This document shows, piece by piece, positions 29,377-39,278 of a stretch of DNA of 64,000 nt (positions are counted from its first letter, which is position 1; every line of letters starts with the position of its first letter). The notes below the pieces were generated by a model that did no database searches, was not told the DNA's origin, and saw nothing but the letters and a program-made list of their open reading frames with translations. The stretch is from an uncultured Acidobacteriota bacterium (GTDB lineage Bacteria; Acidobacteriota; Thermoanaerobaculia; UBA5066), in the NCBI GenBank assembly GCA_963779415.1, contig CAVZYA010000001.1, positions 516,519 through 580,518 on the forward strand, in the 5' to 3' direction. Position numbers and translations under genes: made by a program.

Positions 29377-30991
29377 GGGGACGCGCTTCTTCGTCCTCTG
29401 GGCGGTCGTTTTCTCGGCCGCAGGCATCGTCGCCGCGTCGACGGGCCGGTACGGCCTCAACGTCGTCGCCTTCGGATTCCTCTACGCCGTTCTCGCCACG
29501 AGCTGGAGCTGGCTGCGGGCGGCTGGGCTTCTTTCGCTCGGGCAGGCGGCCTTCTTCGGGGCCGGAGCGCTGACGCAGGCCTGGCTGGTCACTGCGGAAC
29601 GGATCTCCCCGTGGCTCGCCCTCTGCGCGAGTGCCGCCGCCGGCGCTCTCGCCGCGCTCCCCCTGATCCCGGCTCTTCGCCTGAGGCCGGCAAGCTTCGG
29701 CCTCGCGACACTCTCCTATGCCCTTCTCCTGAGGGGTCTCGCGGGGGGCGTCCTCGCTTTCGGCATGGAGGGATTCCTTCTTCCGAAGGTGCCGGGCTTC
29801 GAGGGGGCGGCGCCCGCGGCCGTGGCGACGCTTGGAGTGCTGGCCCTCGCCTCGAGCCTCGGTTACGAGGCGTTCCTCCGGCGGCCGGGGGGCCGGGCCG
29901 CGGCCGCCATCCGCCAGTCCCCGGCGACGACCTCGAGCCTCGGCATCGACCTCGTCGGAGAGCGCTGGCGTCCGCTGGTCCTGAGCGCCGCCGCCACCGG
30001 ACTCTCGGGAGCCCTTTACGCACACTTGACCGGGAGCGTCGAGACGGCCGTCGTCTTCTCACCCACCTTCTCGATTCTGCCGCTCGTTTTCGGAATGCTC
30101 GGGGGCGCCCTCCACCCGCTGGGAGGAATCCTCGGAACGCTCCTCCTCTACCCGTTCGACGAAATGCTCCTCAGGCAAGCCCTCCCCCAGGCTCATCTGC
30201 TGGCCTACGGGCTCATTCTCTGCGGTCTGTTGATGGTGAGGCCCGAGGGGATCCTCCGACAGAGGGTTCCGGCGGTCCCGCCGCAGACGACACCGAGGCG
30301 CCGACGACAGGAGCCCTTCGCTCTGGCCGTCCAGGACGTGACCGTCCGCCGCGGAGGGATCCCCGTCCTCAGGAACGTCAGCTTCACGGTCGAGCCGGGA
30401 GAGATCCTCCGGGTGGTCGGGTCCAACGGGGCCGGCAAGACCTCGCTGCTGCTGGCCATCGCTGGAGGAATTCCGATCGCAAGAGGAGCCATCCTCTTCG
30501 GCGGAGCGCCGTCTCCCCGGGGTGCCGCCGCACGGGCGCGGCGCGGCGTGGGCCGGTCGTTCCAGGCTCCCCGCCCCTTTCCGGAGTGGACGGTTCGAGA
30601 GAACGTGGCGCTCGCCGCCGAGCGAGGCGGAACCCGGGTCGACGTGGACCGCCTCCTCTCGGAGCTTCGGCTCGCCGCCCTGGAGGACCGCCCCGCCGGC
30701 CAGTTGAGCCTCGGAGAGGGAAAGCGACTGGAATTCGCGAGGGTTCTCGCGGCGGATCCGGCGCTCCTCCTCCTCGACGAGCCCCTGGCGGGCCTCAGTC
30801 CCGAGGCGGCCGAGCACGTCTCGGGCCTCATCGATCGGGCGCGGCGGCAGGGCGCCGCCGTCGTCTGGGTCGAGCACGGTCCGGCCGCGGGGAAGCTCGC
30901 GGACCGCCTTATCGTCCTCGAGAGGGGGCAGATCCGATTCCGCGGATCGGTCGCGGAATGGGAAGCCGCACGTCTGGAGCCTTCGTCGTGA
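29369..30991 (+). CDS. Fused LivM-like permease / LivG-like ABC ATPase
   Basis: N-terminal ~300 aa polytopic permease. C-terminal ABC ATPase with Walker A GSNGAGKTSLL, signature LSLGEGKRLEFA and Walker B LLLLDEP. Confidence 0.8.
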   Translation: MREGTRFFVLWAVVFSAAGIVAASTGRYGLNVVAFGFLYAVLATSWSWLRAAGLLSLGQAAFFGAGALTQAWLVTAERISPWLALCASAAAGALAALPLIPALRLRPASFGLATLSYALLLRGLAGGVLAFGMEGFLLPKVPGFEGAAPAAVATLGVLALASSLGYEAFLRRPGGRAAAAIRQSPATTSSLGIDLVGERWRPLVLSAAATGLSGALYAHLTGSVETAVVFSPTFSILPLVFGMLGGALHPLGGILGTLLLYPFDEMLLRQALPQAHLLAYGLILCGLLMVRPEGILRQRVPAVPPQTTPRRRRQEPFALAVQDVTVRRGGIPVLRNVSFTVEPGEILRVVGSNGAGKTSLLLAIAGGIPIARGAILFGGAPSPRGAAARARRGVGRSFQAPRPFPEWTVRENVALAAERGGTRVDVDRLLSELRLAALEDRPAGQLSLGEGKRLEFARVLAADPALLLLDEPLAGLSPEAAEHVSGLIDRARRQGAAVVWVEHGPAAGKLADRLIVLERGQIRFRGSVAEWEAARLEPSS

Positions 30992-31692
30992 ACGCCCGCC
31001 TCGAGACGCGCGAGCTCACCGGCGGCTACCCCGGGGTGAGCGTTTTCTCGGATGTCGGGCTCTCCGTCGAACCCGGCGAGGTCCTGACGATCCTGGGGGC
31101 CAACGGATCCGGGAAGTCCGCGCTTCTCGAGACGCTCCAGGGCCTCCTTCACCCCCGCCACGGGGCCATTCTTCTGGACGGCGAGCCGGTGCAGGATCTT
31201 CCGCCCGAGGTCCGCGCCGCACGCGGAATGAGCCTCGTCTCGGATCGTCGCCGTCTCTGGAAGGAGATGACCGTCCGGGAGCATCTGCGGGTCGGCGCAT
31301 ACCGCCGGGCCGCGCGGGGCGGCTGGCGACGCCGTGAAGCATTCTTCCGGAATCTCTTCCCGGCTCTTTCCGGGAAACGCGGGGCGCGACCGGGGCAGCT
31401 GAGCAGCGGTCTCCAGCAGCAGCTCGCGCTGGCCCGATTCGGAATGTCGTCCCCGCGCGTCTGGCTCCTCGACGATCCTCTCCGGGGCCTCGACGAGTCG
31501 GCGTCGAGGCGCGCGCTCGAATGGATACGGGATTCGGCCGGCGGCGGCGCCGCCGTCGTCCTGACGGGCCAGAACGTTCCGGCGCTCCTCGGCGTCGCCA
31601 CGAAGGCGATGCTGCTCGAAGAGAGCCGCCTCTCCCCGATCCCCTCCGGTGCCGACGGCCTGCGGGACCCGCGGGTGCGCCGGCTGCTCTGA
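30988..31692 (+). CDS. ABC transporter ATP-binding protein (LivF-like)
   Basis: GTG overlaps the upstream TGA. Walker A GANGSGKSALL, signature LSSGLQQQLALA, Walker B LLDDPLRGLD. Confidence 0.8.
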   Translation: MNARLETRELTGGYPGVSVFSDVGLSVEPGEVLTILGANGSGKSALLETLQGLLHPRHGAILLDGEPVQDLPPEVRAARGMSLVSDRRRLWKEMTVREHLRVGAYRRAARGGWRRREAFFRNLFPALSGKRGARPGQLSSGLQQQLALARFGMSSPRVWLLDDPLRGLDESASRRALEWIRDSAGGGAAVVLTGQNVPALLGVATKAMLLEESRLSPIPSGADGLRDPRVRRLL

Positions 31693-31729
31693 ATTCCCGG
31701 CGGAGAAGAGTCGTATAGTCGTCGCCACC

Positions 31730-32140
31730 ATGAGTGAGCCTCTCCTCAATTCAACGGCGTCCGCGCGCCTCAAGGTGGCGCCCTCCGACCTCGCCAACAC
31801 CCTGAATTTCGAGCCCGGGGACTCGTTCCCGCCGGTGTTCGCCACCTCCCGCATGGTGGCTCTGATGGAGGTGGCCGCCGCCCGGGTTCTCGGCCCCCAT
31901 CTGGCAGCGGGCGAAGTCTCCGTGGGCGTCTCCATCGATGTCGTCCACACGGCCGCCACTCCCCCGGGCGCCACGGTGACCGCCACGGCGAAGTTCGTCG
32001 GACGGGACGGAAAGCTCTTCCTCTTCGAACTCTCGGCGGCGGACGACGCGGGTGAAATCGGAAAAGGGACTCACAAACGGGCGATCGTCGCGTCGGAGAG
32101 GATCGTCGCCGGCGCGGCCAAGCGCCGAGCGCAGAGCTGA
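31730..32140 (+). CDS. Hotdog-fold acyl-CoA thioesterase (PaaI/FcoT-like)
   Basis: 136 aa. ...PVFATSRMVALMEVAAARVL... resembles the thioesterase superfamily central helix. Size fits. Confidence 0.6.
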   Translation: MSEPLLNSTASARLKVAPSDLANTLNFEPGDSFPPVFATSRMVALMEVAAARVLGPHLAAGEVSVGVSIDVVHTAATPPGATVTATAKFVGRDGKLFLFELSAADDAGEIGKGTHKRAIVASERIVAGAAKRRAQS

Positions 32141-32148
32141 ACCGCCGG

Positions 32149-34179
32149 TCAGTCCGCCCTACCGAGGACGACCCGCGCATCCACGACCGTGAGCCCGCTC
32201 TCGTGAACGAGGACCGGATTCAGGTCCATCTCGTCGATCTCGGGGTGCCGCGCCACGAGGTCCGAGAGCTGCACGAGAAGGCGGCGCAGGGCCGACACGT
32301 CGGCCGGCCTCGCTCCGCGGACCCCTTTGAGCAGCTTCGCTCCCCGGGTCTCCTCGATCATCTCGGCCGCGTCTTTCTCTCCGAACGGCACGATCCGGAA
32401 GGAGACGTCCTTGAAGAGCTCCACGAGAGTCCCCCCCATGCCGAACATGACGGCATGCCCGAACTGGAGATCGCGGGTCACCCCGACGATGACCTCCGGT
32501 CCGGCCGCGGACATGGCGCTCACGAGGACTCCCCCGTCCCGCGCGCCGATTCGCTTCACGATGCCGCCGATCTCCCGGAAGGCCTTCCGGACTCCCGACT
32601 CGTCTCTCACGTTCAGGATCACTCCCCCGACGTCGCTCTTGTGCGTCACGTCGACGGAGTTCATCTTCACCGCGACGGGGTATCCGATCTCCCCCGCCGC
32701 CCGGACGGCCTCCTCCTCGTTCCCAGCCTGCCGCGAGGAAACGACCGGCAACCCCTCGCGCACGAGAAAGCTGATGGAGTCTGCCGGGGAGAGTGACCTC
32801 GCGGCGGACGACGGAGCCGATGCCACGGCCGCCGGGGCCGCCTCCACCGTCCGGGGCCAGCGGTCGCCGGCGAAGCGGACATGGCAGGAGAGCGCCTTGA
32901 CGGCGCGCTCCGGCGTCGGAAAGACGGCGATTCCCTTCTCGTGAAGGAGAAGCCGCTCGGCGCGCTCCACGTCGGCGCCGCCAAGGAACGCGACGAGGTC
33001 GTTCCGGCCCGGCTCCAGGGCCGTCGAGGCGTTTGCGATCGGATCCCCGAAGATCGTCAGAACGACGTCGTAGTGATCCCGTGACGTCGCGATGACTTTC
33101 CGGAAACAGTCGGCGTCGCCGTCGCCCGTCAGGTCGAGGGGGTTCCCGACGATGAAATGGGATGGCAGCGTCCGCCGCAGCTCCGAAGCCAGGGCCGCGG
33201 GGAGCGGGCTCACGTGGAAACCGTTGTCCGCCGCGACGTCGGTGGCGATGATGGCCGAGCCTCCGGAGCTGGTGACGATCAGCATCCGGGGGCCCGCGGG
33301 TGCGGGAACGTAGGCGAGGGCCTTGGAAAAATCGTAGAGCTCCTCGAGGGAGGCCGCGCGGTGGATCCCGTACTGCCGGAAGACCGCGTCGTAGATCTCG
33401 TCCTTCGTGGCGAGCGTCCGGGTGTGCGATTCGGCGGCCTTGCGTCCCTGATCGGTCCGGCCGGCCTTGAAGATGACGATGGGCTTGCGGCATTCCTTCA
33501 CGGCGGCCAGGAACCGTTTGGGGTCGCGTATGCCTTCGATGTAAAGGGTGATCACCTTCGTGTTCGGATCGGACGCGAAGAAGGTGATCAGGTCGGCCTC
33601 GTCCACGTCGATCCGGTTCCCCATGCTCACGAAGGCCGAAAAGCCGAGCCTCTCCTCGGCCGCCCAGTCGATCAGCGCCGCCCCGACGGTTCCGCTCTGA
33701 GACGCGATGGCCATCGCCCCTTTCCGCGTGATGAGCGGCCAGGAGGCGCAGAGGCCGTGGTGGGGGTAGTTCACTCCCTGGCAGTTCGGACCGACGACGC
33801 GGATGCCGCACCGGGTGGCGTTCTTCTTCAGCTCTTCCTGAAGGCGGGCCCCGTCCGACCCCGATTCGGCGAAACCTCCCGTGATGACGATGGCCGCCCG
33901 GACCTTCCGTTCGCCGAGCTGAAGGATCGTCTCGGGGACGGAGAGGGCCGGAACGATGACGACGGCCAGGTCCGTTCCGGACGGGATCTCCCCCACCGAC
34001 CGGACGGACGGCGTTCCGAGAATCGTCTCCCCCTTCGGATTCACGGGGGTGACGGGCCCGGCGAAGCCCGCGTCGAGGATGTTCTTCAGGATCTGGTACC
34101 CGAGCTTCCCCGGTTTCGCGGAGGCGCCGATGACGGCAAGGCCGTTCGGCCGAAAGAGAGCCTGCAGGGAGTCGTTCAT
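32149..34179 (-). CDS. ADP-forming (NDP-forming) acyl-CoA synthetase, fused alpha/beta domains
   Basis: CoA-binding N-terminus (GLAVIGASAKPGKLGYQIL), succinyl-CoA-synthetase-like flavodoxin domain and C-terminal ATP-grasp. 676 aa. Confidence 0.85.
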   Translation of the reverse strand: MNDSLQALFRPNGLAVIGASAKPGKLGYQILKNILDAGFAGPVTPVNPKGETILGTPSVRSVGEIPSGTDLAVVIVPALSVPETILQLGERKVRAAIVITGGFAESGSDGARLQEELKKNATRCGIRVVGPNCQGVNYPHHGLCASWPLITRKGAMAIASQSGTVGAALIDWAAEERLGFSAFVSMGNRIDVDEADLITFFASDPNTKVITLYIEGIRDPKRFLAAVKECRKPIVIFKAGRTDQGRKAAESHTRTLATKDEIYDAVFRQYGIHRAASLEELYDFSKALAYVPAPAGPRMLIVTSSGGSAIIATDVAADNGFHVSPLPAALASELRRTLPSHFIVGNPLDLTGDGDADCFRKVIATSRDHYDVVLTIFGDPIANASTALEPGRNDLVAFLGGADVERAERLLLHEKGIAVFPTPERAVKALSCHVRFAGDRWPRTVEAAPAAVASAPSSAARSLSPADSISFLVREGLPVVSSRQAGNEEEAVRAAGEIGYPVAVKMNSVDVTHKSDVGGVILNVRDESGVRKAFREIGGIVKRIGARDGGVLVSAMSAAGPEVIVGVTRDLQFGHAVMFGMGGTLVELFKDVSFRIVPFGEKDAAEMIEETRGAKLLKGVRGARPADVSALRRLLVQLSDLVARHPEIDEMDLNPVLVHESGLTVVDARVVLGRAD

Positions 34180-34290
34180 GTCGCTCCTCGAGAATGCCGC
34201 GCCTCGAAGTCTATCGCGGCGGAACGTCCCTCGCCGGCTCCGTCAGCAGCCGCTCACGTCTCGTCAGGCCGTCCGAGCGCGGCGGCCGGG

Positions 34291-34968
34291 CTACGCCCCG
34301 GGGGGCGAAAGGAAGCTCTCGAGCCGATCCTCATTCAGGATGAAGTGGCCCCCCTCTCGCTTGAGAAGGCCCATCTGCCTGAACCTGTTCACCTGCGTCG
34401 TGACCGTCTCGCGGGTGGTCCCGATCAGCTTGGCCAGGTCCTCGTGGGTCAGCCGGAGGGGAATCAGCGTCCCTCCGGCCGTCCTCACGCCGTGCTCCCT
34501 CCCGACCTGGAGCAGGACTTTCCCGAGCCTTTGGTACGACCACGTGTGGCCGAAAGCCGCGTACCCCTGCTCGATCTTGACGAGCCGCTTCGACAGGAGG
34601 CGGATGAAGTTCCGGGCGACCGCTGGAAAGGCGGACAGAATCTCCTCGAGGCTCTTCCTCGGGATGACGGTGACGACGACCTCCGTCTTCGTCACGGCGT
34701 CGAAGGCCCGCTTCTCCTCCGCGAAGAGAAGCTCGCCGAAGATCTCTCCCGGCTTCAGGATGTGGAGGGTGGTCTCGCCCCCTCTGCCCGAGACCGAGAC
34801 GAGCTTCACGATGCCCTCCGCGACGATGAACATGGCGTCCGCGCGGTCTCCCTCCGAAAAAACCGGGACTCCCTTCGCATAACGCCGCTCGCCAAAAATC
34901 CGCGTGATCCGGCGCATCTCCTCGTCGGCCACTCCCCGGAACAGCTCAAGGGCCGTCGGGCGCACCAC
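34291..34968 (-). CDS. Crp/Fnr family transcriptional regulator
   Basis: cNMP-binding beta-roll (GEIFGELLF) and C-terminal HTH (EDLAKLIGTTRETVTTQVNRFRQMG). Confidence 0.85.
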   Translation of the reverse strand: MVRPTALELFRGVADEEMRRITRIFGERRYAKGVPVFSEGDRADAMFIVAEGIVKLVSVSGRGGETTLHILKPGEIFGELLFAEEKRAFDAVTKTEVVVTVIPRKSLEEILSAFPAVARNFIRLLSKRLVKIEQGYAAFGHTWSYQRLGKVLLQVGREHGVRTAGGTLIPLRLTHEDLAKLIGTTRETVTTQVNRFRQMGLLKREGGHFILNEDRLESFLSPPGA

Positions 34969-35391
34969 AGCTCCCGAGTCTAGGGGCCCGGCTTGAGCCT
35001 TTCAACCGCCCGCCAGAAACACGAACGCCGATGACGTCCCCCCAAGAACGTCCCGGCGGTTCGTGTCTCGTCGTTCACGCCACATTGCGAGACATGTCGA
35101 ATCGGAATCTGACGGGCCTCAGGCCGCGCGGCGCATTTCGACGTCACGGGGGAGGAAATCGACCAGCTCCGACTCTGAAGAGGACGACTCCGTCCAGAAG
35201 AACCTCTTTCCGGCCTTTTCCTTGTCGGCGAGAGAGCCGAGAAGAATCCCTTCGACGGCGATGACGAGAAGCGCCAGGGCGGCAAGAACAACTCCCGGCC
35301 CGACGGTGAGTTCCGTAAGAATGCCTTCCATCTATCTCACCCCCTTTCCAACTCTCCAACCGGAATATGGTTCCCGCGATGAAAACTGTCT

Positions 35392-37287
35392 GTGCGACCT
35401 TTCACAACCCTCTCGGAAAGGAAGCTAGACTCGCCCCGCGTGATCGAAAACCAGCGACGCGCAGACGAGAGGCCTTTCAGCGTCCCTCGGTCGAAACAGG
35501 AGATCCTCGGGGATCTCGAGACATTGATCGCGGAGAGAAAGCTCTTCGGCGCGGAGCTGAACCCGACGATTCTCAAGAAGAGCGGCAAGGGAGCGCGATT
35601 TCTCGTCAGCAAGGTTCCCTCGCGGCGAAAGCTCCTTCGGAGCTGGAGGGCCCTCTTCGAGGACCGGATCCCGCCCGCCGCCCTCTTCCGGGCCCTCGGT
35701 CCCCGCTACGGCGAGTTCTCGCACCGGGAGAGCCTCCTCCTCTTCGGCAGGAACCGCATCCTCTACGACACGCAGATTCTCGAGGGCGAGGAGAGCGTCG
35801 GCGAGGTGACGCTCAGCTTCGCGTCTCTCCCGGATCCGGCGCTCGGGCTCACGGCCTTTCTCCGGGGCCGCCGCATCAGGGTCGTCTACATCGACCACAT
35901 CCGCGTGAACGCGCAGCGCTCCGGCTACGCCGCGACGCTGTTCCGCCACTACGAGGGGCTCTTCCGGGACCTGGGCTTCCGCGAGTTCCGGCTGAACGCG
36001 TCTCTTTCCATCGGTCGGTACTACTGGGGAAAGGAAGGATTCGATTTCGCCGACAGGTCCGAGGTCGAAAGGAGAAAGCAGGCCCTGCGTACTCTCGTCC
36101 GGGAGAAGGGCCTTCCCGTGCGCGAGATCGAGATCGGGCGTCTGAACCACCCGTTCGATCTCGCCGGGTTCCGGAAGGACCTGAGGATCCCCGTCTACCG
36201 GGATGCCGACGGATACCACTCGCTGACGGCCGATGAGCGGTTCACCGAGGAGGTCCAGCTGCCGCTGGGCAAGGCCTTCCTTCTCGCCTCGGCACCCTGG
36301 GAGGGGTACAAGACGATCTACACGAAGACACCCCGGAGGACGGGCTTCGTGACCTCTCCCGAATACCTTCGGCACCAGACCCGTGCCGGCCACCCGGAAA
36401 GCCACAAACGGCTCCGCGCCCTTCTCGCGGCCATCGAGAAGGAGGACCTCCGGAGGAGCCTCGTCTTCCTTCCTCCCTACGTCCCCGACCTCGAGTTCCT
36501 CGGGACGGTCCATGCCCCCGAGTACCTCGAGAGGTTCCGCGAGAGCGTCCGGAACGGAGACAAGATCTTCTCAACGAGAGACTGCTCGATCTCGGCCGCG
36601 ACCTGGGACGTCGCCCTTCTCGCGGCCGGCGGCGCGATGGCCGGCGTCGACGCCGTCATGAACGGGAGGGTCAAGAACGTCTTCTGCGCCGTGAGGCCCC
36701 CGGGGCATCACGCGGGACGGGCGTCCACGATGGGATTCTGCTTCATCAACAACGTGGCGGTCGGCGCCGTCTACGCACGGGCCGTCTACGGCGTCGAACG
36801 GATCTTCATCCTCGACTGGGACGTCCACCACGGAAACGGGACGCAGGCGATCTTCGAGGCGGACCCCCTGACGTACTACTGCAGCATCCACGAGCACCCG
36901 ACCTTCTGCTTTCCGGGGACGGGACGGCGGATGGAGCGGGGAACGGGGGCGGGAGCAGGGTTCACGCTGAACCTGCCGCTCAAGCCGTTCGCGGGGGACG
37001 AGGAGCTGGTGGAGACCTTCGAGAGGGAGGTCGTCCCGGAGATCGACCGGTTCCGGCCCGGCCTGATCATGATCTCCGCGGGGTTCGACGGACACGACAA
37101 CGACCCGATCGCCGACCTCCGGCTCACGAGGGAGTCATTCATCCACATGACGCGGAGGCTCTGCGAGCTGGCGGACCGCCATTGCGCCGGCCGCATCGTC
37201 TCGGTTCTCGAAGGAGGGTACGAGGGCCCCTGGTTCGCCTCGTCGGTCCTCGCCCATCTCCTGACGCTTCAGGGAAGGAGCCAATAA
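35392..37287 (+). CDS. Fusion protein: N-terminal GNAT-like acetyltransferase domain plus C-terminal class-II histone-deacetylase/AcuC-like deacetylase. Start uncertain: the GTG at 35392 lies inside a CRP-like palindrome.
   Basis: C-terminal HDAC motifs CAVRPPGHHAGRASTMGFCFINNVAV, DWDVHHGNGTQ, ISAGFDGHDNDP. The N-terminal region (RVVYIDHIRVNAQRSGYAATLFRHYEGLFRDLGFREF) is GNAT-like. Confidence 0.75.
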   Translation: MRPFTTLSERKLDSPRVIENQRRADERPFSVPRSKQEILGDLETLIAERKLFGAELNPTILKKSGKGARFLVSKVPSRRKLLRSWRALFEDRIPPAALFRALGPRYGEFSHRESLLLFGRNRILYDTQILEGEESVGEVTLSFASLPDPALGLTAFLRGRRIRVVYIDHIRVNAQRSGYAATLFRHYEGLFRDLGFREFRLNASLSIGRYYWGKEGFDFADRSEVERRKQALRTLVREKGLPVREIEIGRLNHPFDLAGFRKDLRIPVYRDADGYHSLTADERFTEEVQLPLGKAFLLASAPWEGYKTIYTKTPRRTGFVTSPEYLRHQTRAGHPESHKRLRALLAAIEKEDLRRSLVFLPPYVPDLEFLGTVHAPEYLERFRESVRNGDKIFSTRDCSISAATWDVALLAAGGAMAGVDAVMNGRVKNVFCAVRPPGHHAGRASTMGFCFINNVAVGAVYARAVYGVERIFILDWDVHHGNGTQAIFEADPLTYYCSIHEHPTFCFPGTGRRMERGTGAGAGFTLNLPLKPFAGDEELVETFEREVVPEIDRFRPGLIMISAGFDGHDNDPIADLRLTRESFIHMTRRLCELADRHCAGRIVSVLEGGYEGPWFASSVLAHLLTLQGRSQ

Positions 37288-37922
37288 TGTTCGTCGGCAA
37301 GCGGATGACAAAGAACGTGATCACGGTCTCGCCGGGAGACACCCTGAAATTCGCCAGCCACGCCCTGATGGAGAACCGGATCCATCAGCTCCCGGTCGTG
37401 GAGAACGGCGAGCTGGTCGGCTTCGTGTCGGGCACGGACATCCGCAACTCGACCTTCGAGACCTCGACGGTCACGCAGCTCGGAAAGATCCTCGTGAAGA
37501 ACCGGACCGTCGCGGAGATCATGATGCGCGACGTCGTCACGGTGATGCCGGAGGACACGATCGAAGACGCGCTCCTCGTCATCCACAAGAGGAAGCTCGG
37601 GGCCCTCCCCGTCGTGGAGGGGCGGAAGCTGGTCGGGATCATCACGAAGCGGGACCTCCTGGCGGCCTTCTGCGACGCCCTCAAGATCGAGGAGCCGGGG
37701 GTCCGGATCGAGGTCATCCTCCCACGCGGGGCCGCTTCCCTCGTCCCCCTCGTTCGGAAGCTCGCGGACATGGAGGCCGAGATCTGGAGCCTGATCCTTT
37801 CGCCCGTCCCCGGCGGCTTCCTCGCCCTCGTCCGCCTCGCCACGATCGACGCGGGTGGCGTTCGGAGGGCCCTTCGCGATGCCGGCTTCATCGTCCCGGA
37901 CGTGGCGGACTTCCTGAAGTAG
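37287..37922 (+). CDS. CBS-pair domain protein with C-terminal ACT-like domain
   Basis: ATG overlaps the upstream TAA (TAATG). Two CBS motifs (...HQLPVVENGELVGFVSGTDI... and ...GALPVVEGRKLVGIITKRDL...). Confidence 0.75.
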   Translation: MFVGKRMTKNVITVSPGDTLKFASHALMENRIHQLPVVENGELVGFVSGTDIRNSTFETSTVTQLGKILVKNRTVAEIMMRDVVTVMPEDTIEDALLVIHKRKLGALPVVEGRKLVGIITKRDLLAAFCDALKIEEPGVRIEVILPRGAASLVPLVRKLADMEAEIWSLILSPVPGGFLALVRLATIDAGGVRRALRDAGFIVPDVADFLK

Positions 37923-37943
37923 CGGCCCGCCGGAAGGCTCCCG

Positions 37944-39278
37944 CTACCGGAGCTGATAGCCTTTCATCTTCCGCCAGAGGGTATTGCGCGAGATGCCGAG
38001 TGTGGCCGCGGCCCGGCCCCGGTGGCCGCCGTGCCGCGCGATCGCGTCGCGGATGGTCTCCGCCTCGGCCTGCTCCAGGGGACTCGCGCCGGGGGGGGCC
38101 GCGATCGCCGGCGCGCCGGGGAGCGAGGCGATCTGGGAGGGGAGGTCGGAGACCTCGATGATCGAGCCGCCGCAGACCACGAAGGCGTGCTCGATGGCGT
38201 TTTCGAGCTCCCGCACGTTCCCGGGAAACGAATGGGACATGAGGCGCGCCATCGCCGTCACCGAGATACCCGAGATGCGCCTCCCCTGCGCGGCGTTGAA
38301 GCGCGCGATGAACCGCTCGACGAGGAGCGGGATGTCCTCTGGGCGGCTCCGGAGCGGCGGCAGGGTCAGCCGGACGATGTTCAGGCGGAAGTAGAGGTCC
38401 TGGCGGAAGCGCCGGTTCATCACCTCCGCCGCGAGGTCGCGGTTGGTCGCGGCAATGATCCGTACGTCGGCCTTCGCCGGCTTGACGGCGCCGAGCGGCG
38501 TGTACTCCCGCTCCTGAAGGACCCGCAGAAGCTTGACCTGTATGGCCGGCGACAGCTCGCCGACCTCGTCGAGGAGGAGCGTCCCTCCCTGCGCGAGGGC
38601 GAAACGGCCGGGCTTGTCCTTCTTGGCGTCGGTGAAGGCGCCGCGGACGTAGCCGAACAGCTCCGATTCCACGAGGGAGTCCGGGATGGCGCCGCAGTTG
38701 ACCGCGACGAAGGGCTTTCGGGAGCGCGCCCCGAGGTTGTGGATCGCCCTCGCGACGAGCTCCTTTCCGGTGCCGGGCTCCCCCTCGATCAGGACGGTCG
38801 CGTCGCTCCGGGCGATGAGCGGCAGCATGTCGCGCACATGACGCATCGCCGCGCTCTTGGAGATGACGTCATCCGACTTGTAGCTGGCTTTCAGCTGGCG
38901 ACGCAGCTCGGCGACCTCGGAGAGGTCGCGGAACATCTCGACCCCCCCGATCACCTGTCCGTCCTCGCCACGCAGCGCCGCCGTGCTGACGGCGATCGGA
39001 ACGGAGCGCCCCTCCTTCCGGAGGATCGAGACCTCGCTGTCGGCATGGCTCTGGCCGGCCCGCATGCTGTCGCGCAAGAGGCAGTTCCTCTCGCATCCGG
39101 TGCTCCGGAGCACATCGCCACAGAAGCGCCCCAGAACCTCTTCCCGGCCGTAGCCCGTGATCTCCTCCGCCGTCCGATTGAAGGCCGTGATCCGGCAGTC
39201 GCCGTCTACGGTGAAGATCGCGTGCGGGATGGAGTTGAAGATCAGGTTCGCGTACCTGATGACGAGAGCCCGCTGCAT
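37944..39278 (-). CDS. Sigma-54-dependent transcriptional activator (bEBP) with N-terminal PAS domain
   Basis: GAFTDA and ESELFGY (GAFTGA-type sigma-54 contact) motifs, Walker A GEPGTGKE, C-terminal HTH (GISRNTLWRKMK). Confidence 0.9.
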   Translation of the reverse strand: MQRALVIRYANLIFNSIPHAIFTVDGDCRITAFNRTAEEITGYGREEVLGRFCGDVLRSTGCERNCLLRDSMRAGQSHADSEVSILRKEGRSVPIAVSTAALRGEDGQVIGGVEMFRDLSEVAELRRQLKASYKSDDVISKSAAMRHVRDMLPLIARSDATVLIEGEPGTGKELVARAIHNLGARSRKPFVAVNCGAIPDSLVESELFGYVRGAFTDAKKDKPGRFALAQGGTLLLDEVGELSPAIQVKLLRVLQEREYTPLGAVKPAKADVRIIAATNRDLAAEVMNRRFRQDLYFRLNIVRLTLPPLRSRPEDIPLLVERFIARFNAAQGRRISGISVTAMARLMSHSFPGNVRELENAIEHAFVVCGGSIIEVSDLPSQIASLPGAPAIAAPPGASPLEQAEAETIRDAIARHGGHRGRAAATLGISRNTLWRKMKGYQLR

